A DNA stretch of 64,000 bases from assembly GCA_041389985.1 (NCBI GenBank), contig JAWKQS010000041.1, forward strand, positions 2,074 to 66,073, in the 5' to 3' direction. The notes beneath the pieces are model-generated. The model worked only from the letters and a program-made list of their open reading frames with translations, made no database searches and was not told the origin of the DNA. This stretch comes from a bacterium. Its GTDB lineage: Bacteria; Myxococcota_A; Bradymonadia; UBA7976; UBA1532. Made by a program: the position numbers and the translations under genes. Shown one piece after another: positions 36,678-45,146 of this stretch (position 1 is the stretch's first letter; each line of letters opens with the position of its first letter).

Positions 36678-38476
36678 TCAGGGGCGGACGCAGCGGACGC
36701 GGCCGACGGCCTCGGGGCTGCTGCGGGAGACGACCGACACCTGGCCGGAGATGAAGCTGACCAGCCAGGCCGCATCGGCGACGCCGGGGACCTCCTCGGC
36801 GCCGTAGAACACCGGGGAAGCGTCCGCGAAGCCGTCGACGCCCATGTGGACGCCGCGCCCGCCGTTGGCCAGCATCAGCCAGTCGAACCGGCGGTTGCCC
36901 AGGACGGCGTCCTCGACCCGGGTCCCCGCCGGGTTGGGCTGCCAGGTGGACAGCGACTCCAGGAGCGTGGGCGGCCGGAGAGGCCCGGGGGGTGGCTGGC
37001 CGCGGATGGGCGCGCAGGTCACCGCGCCGGCGTAGGCGCGCACGGCGCTCTCGGTGCCATCTACCCAGGTCACGCCGGTCCAGGGGTCGTGGATGTTCGC
37101 CGTTCTCGTCGGGCCCCTGGTGGATGCGGACGCGCCGGGCGAGGATCGGCCGGCGCGTGATCGGCGCGGACGCACAGGAACTTGATGACGCCCGGGATGG
37201 CGCGGGGATCGAGGATCTGCTGCTCGCCGCCGTTGCCCAGGCGCACGCCGAGGGGGGCGATCCGCTGGCCGTCGAGGGTGTCGCGCATGGTGCGGCTGAG
37301 GTACCACGGCGGATCGTCGACCACGATCTCGGGGAAGAGCACCGCGAGCTCGCCGAAGGCCGGGCCCCGGATGGGCATGCTCTGCAGCTCGAAGACCGTC
37401 GGCAGCCGGCCGCCGCGCGCGGTGCAGGCCTGGTGGGCCAGGGCGGGCGTCTCCATCAGCGTCGGCGGGAAGAGCCAGGTGATGTTGGTGCCGGCGTCGA
37501 AGAGCTCGTTGCCCCGCCGCAGGAAGCGCTGGGGGACGCTGAGGTCCGGGTCGGGCAGGTGGAACCGGGGCCCCTGCTCGTTGCAGCCGACGGCGGTGCT
37601 CGTCCACGGGCAGCAGTGGTCCGCGACGCAGCGGGCCTCGAGGCCCCCCTCCCGGCAGGCCACCCCGTCGAGCTGGCCGAGGCAGGCGTCGCCCGGGCAG
37701 CGGTCGCGGACGCCGGGCTCGTTGACGGGGGCGCAGCGGCCGCTGGAGCCCGGCCCCCGCGGCTCGCAGATGTGGTTCTCGTCGCAGGCGAAGCGCTCGG
37801 AGTAGAGGTTCGGATCCTCCTGCTCGCAGAACCCGGAGCGGCAGACTCCCCAGAAAAAGGTCTTCTCGACCAGGCGGTTGCAGCCCTCGGGGCAGGCCCA
37901 CGACTGGATCAGCAGGCAGCCGGTGCCCTCGTCGGCCTCGGCGCAGGGCTGGAAGCACGCGTCGAAGCCCGCCTCGTTCGGGCAGCGGTCGCACGCGTCA
38001 CCGATGCCGTCGCCGTCCGCGTCGCGCTGGTCGGGGTTCGCGTGGTCGGGGCAGTTGTCGTCGGCGTCGCGGGTACCATCGCCGTCACGATCCTGGGCGG
38101 GATCGCCACCAGCACCGCCGTCGCCGCCCGCGCCACCCGCGCCGCCGTCGCCGCCCATGCCGCCGTCGCCGCCGTCGCCGCCCATGCCGCCGACGCCACC
38201 CGCGCCGCCGACGCCACCCGCGCCGCCGACGCCACCCGCGCCGCCGACGCCACCCATGCCGCCCTGATCGGGCACGGACACATCGGGCGGGGCGGCGTCC
38301 ACCAGCGGGTCGGCGTCAGGGCGCTGGCCGGGCGTGCAGATGCCCTCCGCGCACCACTGGCCGGCGACGCACTGGCGGTCGCTGCTGCACGCGAAGCGCT
38401 CGTCCTCCGCCACATCGCTCTGGCAGCCGGTCACCGAAGCCAGCACGAGCAGGACCGAAAAGAGGAGGAATCTCAT
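36678..38476 (-). pseudogene. lipoprotein: Gly-rich linker, thrombospondin type-3 repeats, Cys-rich module, two DUF1566-like domains; at least two frameshifts near 37090-37155
   Basis: MRFLLFSVLLVLASVTGC lipobox and DRDGDGTRDADDNCPDHANPDQRDADGDGIGDAC (TSP3). GGRLPTVFELQS and a C-terminal DPWTGVTWV...VRCVRP are DUF1566-like. Comparison with the paralog suggests a third-frame piece, ILARRVRIHQGPDENGE, between the two long ORFs. Confidence 0.55.
38187..38258. repeat. 18-nt tandem repeat x4 encoding GGVGGA hexapeptides (minus strand)
   Basis: gccgccgacgccacccgc is repeated four times, read directly. Confidence 0.9.
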
Positions 38477-38480
38477 CGTG

Positions 38481-40144
38481 TTACCTCGGCCTCGTGACGC
38501 AGATGTACCCAGCCGGCGCGCCGACGCCCTCGCGGACGACGGCCCCCGTGCCGAGGTCGACGACCCAGCCCACGTTGAAGCCGCCCTCGACCTCGACGGG
38601 CTCGGAGGTCCAGATGCGCGCAGCGCGACGGCCGAAGGCCAGGCCGTCCCAGTCGGGCCAGTACCCGGGCCCCGGGGGGTCGGCGACGTTGTAGGTCAGC
38701 AGCGAGATGGCCTCTTCCACCGTGGGCAGGCTGGCGCCTTCGAGGCCGCAGTCCGTCTCGGCGACCCGCAGCGAGAACCCGGCGTTCAGCAGGCCAGCCA
38801 CCCAGGTCAGCTCCGTCCACGGGTCGACGGGGCCGTCGGCGTCGGGCGTGTCGAACGCGGCGCGCCGCGCCGACAGATCCTCGACCTGGGCGGGGGCGCT
38901 GACGCAGTGGACCAGGTAGCCGTCGCCCACCGCGATGAGGGGGACGGCCTCGCCGGTGCCGATGGCCAGGTTGACCCCCATGGCCCGGTTCAGATCCACC
39001 CGCGTGCGGCTGATGAAGGTGCGATCGGCGAAGAGGGGCCAGGCGACCGCGGTGCGGGCCTCGCGGCGCGCCTGGGTGCGCCCCGAGACGCCGTGCAGCT
39101 CATACCAGGTGGGCACCCGCCAGACGCCGCCCCGCCGCATCGACACGTCATCGCAGTAGCGGTGGGCCCCCGCCAGATCGCCGACCGCGCCCGTCTCCAG
39201 GGACCAGAGGATGCCCGTGCGCATGTCGCGGATGGTCACGGGATCGATCACCTCCAGGCGCAGCCCCTGCTCCGGGGGTGGCGGCCGGCCGAGCCTCGGG
39301 CCGTTCTCGTTGCAGTGGACGTCCAGGCAGGTCCAGGGCTCGCAGACGCCGGTGACGCAGCGCGAAGGGGTCTCGGGGTTGCCGCAGATCTGGCCCTCGG
39401 TCTCCAAGCGGCACGGCAGCTCCTCGATGCAGATGTCGTCGGGGACGCAGGCGGCTTCGCCGTCCACGAAGGCGCAAAGCTCGTCCTGGCGGCAGTAGCT
39501 CAGGCTGCCGCCGGCGTCGGCGAACTCGCCACACGTCCCCGCGATGCAGCGGCCGCGCTCGTAGTGGCCCAGGCGCGCCGATCGGCAGGTGCGCTCGATC
39601 TCGCAGCGGTAGGTGACCACGACGCACTCGGCGTCCTCGTTGCAGCTCTCGCAGTGGTCGCCGATGCCGTCGCGATCCTTGTCCTGCTGGCCGGGGTTGG
39701 GCTCGCTCTTGCAGTTGTCGAGGACGTCGGGGACGCCATCGCCGTCGGCGTCGCCTTCGACGCCTCCGCCGGCTCCGCCCACGCCGCCCCCGCCGCCGCC
39801 GATGTCGCCTCCGCCGCCGCCGCTGCCGCCGCCGCCGCCCATGCCGCCGCCGCCGCCGCCACCGACCGCCGCCGCCGCCGCCGCCGCCGGGCCCTGGTCC
39901 ACGTCGGCGTCCGGGCCCCGCCCATGCCTCCCGGCCCCGCGGCGTCCGGCCGGATGGTCGCGTCGGCCGGGGTGGCGTCCGCCCGGGTGGCCGCGTCGGG
40001 GCCCCGCTCGGTCTGGCAGGCCCCCGCGACGCAGTACCACCCGGCTCGGCAGTCGCCGTCCACGTCGCACGCGAACCGAGCGTCGTCGGCGACCTGGCTC
40101 TGGCAGCCGAGGCCGAGCACGAGGCACAAGGTGATGGGCTTCAC
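38481..40144 (-). pseudogene. paralogous lipoprotein (Gly-rich linker, TSP3 repeats, Cys-rich module, two DUF1566-like domains); frameshift in the Gly-rich tract near 39880-39960
   Basis: MKPITLCLVLGLGC lipobox and QVADDARFACDVDGDCRAGWYC are in the frame of ORF 39500-40144. The rest (GDADGDGVPDVLDNC...DKDRDGIGDHC, VPTWYELHG, ...YICVTRPR) is in the frame of ORF 38481-40127. Confidence 0.55.
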
Positions 40145-40165
40145 GGCGTCCCCCCCGTCATCGGC

Positions 40166-41875
40166 GTGATCCTACGACGGCCGTGGGGTCGATGTCAGGT
40201 GGCCCGGTCCAGGGGCCAGTGCTATGGTCACCCGACGGGGCAGGACGGCCCCGGGCGTGGGAGATCAGCGCTGGCCGAGACGGACGATCCCGGGGGTCAC
40301 CCGCACGACACCATCGCGCAGACGCCCGCGGTGCTCCTGGGCCGTGCGCCCACGGAGGATGGCACCCCCGCGCCGCTGAGCTCCGCGCCCGCGGTGGCCG
40401 CCGTCTCCCTCATCGGCCGGCGGCTCGGGGGCAAGTACGAGGTCAAGGCCATCATCGGCCGCGGCGGCCTCGGCACCGTCTACCGGGGCATCCAGGCGCC
40501 CATCGGCCGCGAGGTGGCCATCAAGGTCATCAACCGCCAGCGCGCCGACGATCCCAGCCTGCGCAAGCGCTTCCAGCGCGAGGCCGCGGCCGCCGCCCAC
40601 CTCAAGCACCCCGGCATCGTGGCCCTGTACGACTTCGGCGAGGACGCCGGCGAGCTGTACATGGTGATGGAGCTGGTGGACGGCCGCGAGCTGCGCCAGA
40701 TCCTGACCGACGAGAAGCGCCTGGCGCCGACGGTGGTGGTCGACCTGGCCCGCCAGATCTGCGAGGGGCTGGCCCACGCCCACGACCGGGGCCTCGTCCA
40801 CCGGGACATGAAGCCCGAAAACATCATGATCTCGAAGACTTCCTTCGGATCGTACCGGGCGCAGATCCTCGACTTCGGCATCGTGAAGTCGGTGCGGGCC
40901 GACGCCCCCATGTCGACGCCTCTGGGCCACCAGACCCGGGCGGGCGTCATCATGGGCACCCCCGCCTACCTCTCGCCCGAGCAGGCGTACGCCCGCGGCA
41001 TCGGTCCGGCCACCGACCAGTACAGCCTGGGGGTGATGCTCTACGAGATGCTCACGGGCGAGCTGCCCTACCACAAGGGCAGCGAGTTCGAGGTGATGAC
41101 GGCCCACTGCATCGCCCCCTTCCCGCCGATGCCCGCCGAGGCGGAGGTCCCGCCGGCCCTGGAGGCGGTGGTGCGCCGCGCGATGGCGAAGACGCCGGAG
41201 GAGCGCTTCGCGGACGTCCAGGCCCTGGCCGATGCCCTCACCGACGCCCTGGCCGGGCGGTCGGCGCCGGCGCCGGTGGTGGAGGCGCCCGCAGAGGCCC
41301 CCGCCGCGCCGGCGGCCGCGGGTGGCGTCGGGCGCCGGTTCGCGCTGGTGGTCCTCGGGGGGCTGGCCCTGGGCGGGGGCAGCGTCGCCATGTGGGCCAG
41401 CCGATCGGGGGATCAGCCCCCCGAGGCGGATGTGCGCACGGTGCGGGTGGGCGAGGTGGCCACCCCCTCGACGGGGCAGGCGCCGGAGAGCGCGGCGGCC
41501 CCCGAGACGGCGGCCCCCGAGAGCGTGGCGGCCCCCGAGACGGCGGCGCCCGAGAGCGTGGCGGCCCCGGAGACGGCGGCGCCCGAGAGCGTGGCGGCCC
41601 CCGAGACGGCGGCGCCCGAGAGCGTGGCCAGCGCCAGCCCGCCCCGACCCCACGCCCCGGCCACGGCCGCCCCGCGTCGGGTGCGCATCTCGAAGCTGGT
41701 GGCCGACTGCGCCAGCGAGTTCGCCGACATCCGCAAGAGCTCCCGCAACCAGTCGCTGTCCCGCGGGTCGGGCCTCTGCCAGCGCGTGGCCCGCCTGGGC
41801 CAGCGCGTGCGCAGCGGCCAGTGCTCCGCGCCCGTCTCGGGCATCGACACGCTCCTGTCGCTGTGTGGGGAGTAG
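40166..41875 (+). CDS. Ser/Thr protein kinase, single-pass, with an extracytoplasmic repeat/Cys-containing tail; start uncertain
   Basis: GRGGLGTVY, VAIKVI, HRDMKPENIM, DFG and GTPAYLSPE, with a TM helix FALVVLGGLALGGGSVAMW. GTG 40166 is only 21 nt from the divergent gene start, so in-frame GTGs at 40331 or 40394 are more plausible. Confidence 0.85.
   Translation: MILRRPWGRCQVARSRGQCYGHPTGQDGPGRGRSALAETDDPGGHPHDTIAQTPAVLLGRAPTEDGTPAPLSSAPAVAAVSLIGRRLGGKYEVKAIIGRGGLGTVYRGIQAPIGREVAIKVINRQRADDPSLRKRFQREAAAAAHLKHPGIVALYDFGEDAGELYMVMELVDGRELRQILTDEKRLAPTVVVDLARQICEGLAHAHDRGLVHRDMKPENIMISKTSFGSYRAQILDFGIVKSVRADAPMSTPLGHQTRAGVIMGTPAYLSPEQAYARGIGPATDQYSLGVMLYEMLTGELPYHKGSEFEVMTAHCIAPFPPMPAEAEVPPALEAVVRRAMAKTPEERFADVQALADALTDALAGRSAPAPVVEAPAEAPAAPAAAGGVGRRFALVVLGGLALGGGSVAMWASRSGDQPPEADVRTVRVGEVATPSTGQAPESAAAPETAAPESVAAPETAAPESVAAPETAAPESVAAPETAAPESVASASPPRPHAPATAAPRRVRISKLVADCASEFADIRKSSRNQSLSRGSGLCQRVARLGQRVRSGQCSAPVSGIDTLLSLCGE
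41480..41630 (+). repeat. 30-nt tandem repeat (about 4.5 copies) encoding AAPETAAPESV decapeptides
   Basis: gcggcccccgagacggcggc(c/g)cccgagagcgtg is repeated, read directly inside the kinase tail. Confidence 0.9.
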
Positions 41876-41876
41876 C

Positions 41877-44135
41877 GTGCTGCGCAGATCCCTGATCTTC
41901 CTGGCGTTCTGGGCGCTGGCGGCGCCAGCGTGGGCCGCCGTGCCCAACCGCAGCCTGTCGTTCGTGGCCCTGGCCGGGGCCGACGAGCCCGTGGCCGTCG
42001 AGACGGCCCGCCGCGTGGCGAAGCACGCCGAGCAGCGGCTGGGCCTCAACCCGCGCAAGATCCACGTCATCGAGAAGGTCCCCACCCGGGCCGCCTTCGT
42101 CGAGCTGTTCCGGCGCGGGGCGCCGTTTCAGTACGTCAGCCAGGGCGACGTGGTGGTGGTCTACATCGCCGGCGCCCGCGACAAGCAGGGGGGCCTGGCC
42201 CTGGCCGACGGGGTGATGCCCTACGACGAGGTGGCCCAGGTGGCCCAGCACCTGCGCGACGGGCCGGGGGAGGGGCTGGGCTTCTTCAACGGCACCGTGC
42301 TGCTGGTGATGGATCGGCAGGGGGGCGACAAGGTGCGGCTGAAGGTGCCCACCGACACCGCCTGGCTGGATCTGCTGGCCGCGCGGGCGCCGGCGGTGGA
42401 TCCGTCGCTGCCCGCCCCCGATGTGCGCGACCCCCTCGCCATCGCGGGGCTGGGGGCCCTGGGCGAGCTGGGGGGCAGTGGCAAGGTCACCCCCGGCGCG
42501 GTGGCCTGGGTCGGGGCCCTGGAGCGCCTGCTGGCGGACGCCGACCAGGACGGCAGCATCGAGTCGCTGCGGCAGCAGGCCCAGGGGGCCCGGGACGGCA
42601 CCGGCGTCTCGGCGACGCTGCTGACGGGGCCCGGCTACGAGACGGGGCGATTTCGCTTGCTGATCCAGCGGTTGCGGGTGGTCATCCACCCGACGCTGCT
42701 GGCGAACGTCGAGACGGTCCAGGTGCTGGAGGCCCTGCGGCGCGAGCTGGAGCGCGCCGTCCCGGCGAGCCTGCGCGATCAGGTGCGCATCGAGCGCATC
42801 GACGAGGCGGATCCCCGCGCCGACGTGGCCTGCCAGGCCGTGGCCAACCGCACCACCGCCCACCTGGAGTGCGTGGAGGGGCGCGCCCCCATCTTCGCCG
42901 ACCAGCTCGACGTGACGAACCCCGAGGAGGCCCTGGCGCCGGTGGTGCAGCAGGTCCTGCGCGACTACAAGGCGCTGGGGGCCACGGACTGGTCGGCGCG
43001 CCGCCGTGATCTCAAGCCGCTGGACGTGGTGCTGCTGCTCGACACCTCGCTGTCGATGGCCTACCACGACCCCACCCGCGACACCGATCCGACGCTGCCC
43101 GATGCCCCGAGCAAGCGCGAGATCTTCCTGGTGCGGCTGGCCGCGACGCTCTCGGCCCACGCCGAGACGACGGGTCGCCCGGCGCGGCTGACGGTGCTGC
43201 TCTTCGGCGACAAGGTGGTGCCCCTCAACCTGCCGGGCGGCAGCACGGTGACGCTGGCGAAGCGCCTGGATGCGGGCCAGCTCGCGGCGTTCGGGGCGGT
43301 GTTCAAGGCCGCCGCGACCCCCATGCCGTACACCGGCATCCGCGACGCCCTCACCGAGGCCGCCCGGGTGCTGGCGGTGGGGGCGCCCGACGCCGCGCGG
43401 CACGTCATCCTGCTCACCGACGGCCGCGAGTCGGTGGTGACGACGGATCCCGAGCGCGCCGTGCGCGACGCGGCGGCCGCCGTCCACGCCCTGGGGGCGA
43501 CGCTGCACGTGGTGGGGCTGACGGAGGGCAAGCGGCTCGGGGCCTACCTCCAGCGGATGCGGGCCGGGGACGACGTCCTCAAGCGGTACGTGGACCTGCT
43601 CGACATGACCTACGCGCCGGCGGCGTGCCGGCGGCACGACGCCTGGGATGCCGCTCAGGCGCGGACGTGCGGGGCCTTCTACGCCGGTGTCATCGAGAAG
43701 GCCGGCGCCTACGACCCCTTCCTGCTCGACCGCATCCGCCGCGCCGAACGCGCCGGCGTCCCCACGGGGGTCTTCCTGCAGCCCGACTCATCGGCGGCCT
43801 TCCAGGGCGAGCTGCAAGCGCTGCTCAGCGCCCTGACCGGCGGCGGCATCTACCTCACGGCCGGGGGCCAGCGCGGCCCGGCGGCGGCCGGTGCGGACGG
43901 AAGGGTGCGGGATCGTTGGCGATTCGACCTCGATCTGGCGGGCTCGGCGCGGGTCGTCCTCTACAACCGCACCGGCCTGACCGATCTGAAGTGGACGTTC
44001 ACCCAGGATGGCCAGCCCATGGGCCCGGCCGAGGGGGTCAAGGTGAGCCAGGAGAGCGCCGCGGTGACGTTGGTGACCCTGCCTGCCCCCGCCCGCGGGG
44101 TGTGGGTCATCGAGCGAGAGGGCATCCCACAGTGA
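41877..44135 (+). CDS. secreted protein: caspase-like (apparently inactive) N-domain plus a vWA (MIDAS) domain
   Basis: GTG 1 nt after the kinase stop. Signal peptide LIFLAFWALAAPAWA. The MIDAS is DVVLLLDTSLSM with LLTDGRE downstream. The N-domain pattern is DVVVVYIAGAR...VLLVMDRQGG. Confidence 0.7.
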   Translation: MLRRSLIFLAFWALAAPAWAAVPNRSLSFVALAGADEPVAVETARRVAKHAEQRLGLNPRKIHVIEKVPTRAAFVELFRRGAPFQYVSQGDVVVVYIAGARDKQGGLALADGVMPYDEVAQVAQHLRDGPGEGLGFFNGTVLLVMDRQGGDKVRLKVPTDTAWLDLLAARAPAVDPSLPAPDVRDPLAIAGLGALGELGGSGKVTPGAVAWVGALERLLADADQDGSIESLRQQAQGARDGTGVSATLLTGPGYETGRFRLLIQRLRVVIHPTLLANVETVQVLEALRRELERAVPASLRDQVRIERIDEADPRADVACQAVANRTTAHLECVEGRAPIFADQLDVTNPEEALAPVVQQVLRDYKALGATDWSARRRDLKPLDVVLLLDTSLSMAYHDPTRDTDPTLPDAPSKREIFLVRLAATLSAHAETTGRPARLTVLLFGDKVVPLNLPGGSTVTLAKRLDAGQLAAFGAVFKAAATPMPYTGIRDALTEAARVLAVGAPDAARHVILLTDGRESVVTTDPERAVRDAAAAVHALGATLHVVGLTEGKRLGAYLQRMRAGDDVLKRYVDLLDMTYAPAACRRHDAWDAAQARTCGAFYAGVIEKAGAYDPFLLDRIRRAERAGVPTGVFLQPDSSAAFQGELQALLSALTGGGIYLTAGGQRGPAAAGADGRVRDRWRFDLDLAGSARVVLYNRTGLTDLKWTFTQDGQPMGPAEGVKVSQESAAVTLVTLPAPARGVWVIEREGIPQ

Positions 44136-45010
44136 AGCACCCCACCCAAGCCGGGCTCGCCCTCCTCGCCCTCGGCCTGCTCGGGGGCGCGGCCTCCGCC
44201 CAGGACGCCGGGATCCCCGCCGCGCCCGCGTCGGCGCCGGGATCCGAGGGCCCGGACAAGGCCATCGTCCTCACGGACAGCGGCCTGTCCATCACCGGCC
44301 TCAAGCAGCGCTACGCCGCGGAGGAGGCCATCGAGCTGGTGGTGGCCGTGCCGCGGCAGAACGTGCTGCGGGCCCGCACCGAGGTCGCGCTGATGCGCGA
44401 TGACACGGCGGGCCGGCCCATCTACCAGGACATCCGCGACTACGACCGCTTCACCCATGTGGAGGCCCTGAACTTCAGCATCCGCCTGCCCGGCGCGGAG
44501 CGGACGGGCCAGCTCGCGCTGCTGGTGCGGGTGCGGGGCCTGCGCAACCGGGGCGAGGGGACGCCCGCCGAGGCCTTCGAGGACGCCCTGACCTACCGCA
44601 TCGGCTTCGAGGCCGCGGCCGGGGCCGGCGTCGTGGATCAGGGCACCCGCCTGGAGGGGCGCGTGTACTTCGGCTTCAACGACGCCGCGCTGGACGAGAA
44701 GTCGGCCGCCCAGGTGGAGGCGTGGGCCCAGGCCCTGAAGGCCGAGGCGGCGCTCTCGGAGCTGCGCGTCGAGGGCCACGCCGACAAGGTCGGCGGCTCG
44801 GGCTACAACCTGGAGCTGTCGCGGCGGCGCGCCGAGGCCGTGCGCGCGGCCCTCATCGAGCGCGGCATCCGCCCGGGCATCATCCGGGTCGTGGGCTTCG
44901 GCTTCGATCGCCCGTCCGTCAAGGATGCCTCCCCCGATCCCGACGACCGCGGGGTGTGGCAGAACCGCCGCGCCGAGGTGGTCTGGTTCCGCGAGCGCCC
45001 CGCGCCCTGA
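44132..45010 (+). CDS. OmpA-family (OmpA_C-like) periplasmic/outer-membrane protein
   Basis: GTGA start/stop overlap and a signal peptide. The C-terminus GHADKVGGSGYNLELSRRRAEAVRAALIERGI...GFGFDRP is the canonical OmpA_C motif. Confidence 0.8.
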   Translation: MKHPTQAGLALLALGLLGGAASAQDAGIPAAPASAPGSEGPDKAIVLTDSGLSITGLKQRYAAEEAIELVVAVPRQNVLRARTEVALMRDDTAGRPIYQDIRDYDRFTHVEALNFSIRLPGAERTGQLALLVRVRGLRNRGEGTPAEAFEDALTYRIGFEAAAGAGVVDQGTRLEGRVYFGFNDAALDEKSAAQVEAWAQALKAEAALSELRVEGHADKVGGSGYNLELSRRRAEAVRAALIERGIRPGIIRVVGFGFDRPSVKDASPDPDDRGVWQNRRAEVVWFRERPAP

Positions 45011-45029
45011 GGCGCCGCGCGCGCCCCTC

Positions 45030-45057
45030 CCTCGAAAAACCAAGGGTTTTCGCGAGG
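45030..45057 (+). terminator. hairpin downstream of the OmpA-family gene (possible terminator; no T-run)
   Basis: cctcgaaaaacc-aa-gggttttcgcgagg forms an imperfect stem. It sits 20 nt after the stop in a 136-nt lower-GC spacer. Confidence 0.3.
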
Positions 45058-45146
45058 ATGCGAGAAAGTTCCCGCCCGATGTGATCGTTCGCCGCCCTGG
45101 CGCGTGCAAGGCTCCCGCGAACCGAACCCACTGAAAGGCAAGCAGA

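Noticed and set aside
40183-41895. 570-aa plus-strand ORF overlapping the kinase in another frame
   Set aside because: An alternative frame of the kinase gene with an Arg/Gly/Pro-rich product. The kinase frame carries the catalytic motifs.
41238-43637. 799-aa minus-strand ORF (and similarly 44919-47291, 15353-16657, 16512-18452, 22778-24292, 59100-61154, 60958-62508)
   Set aside because: All are antisense partners of well-supported genes in a high-GC genome where stop codons are rare. Translations are low-complexity R/G/P/A/H-rich.
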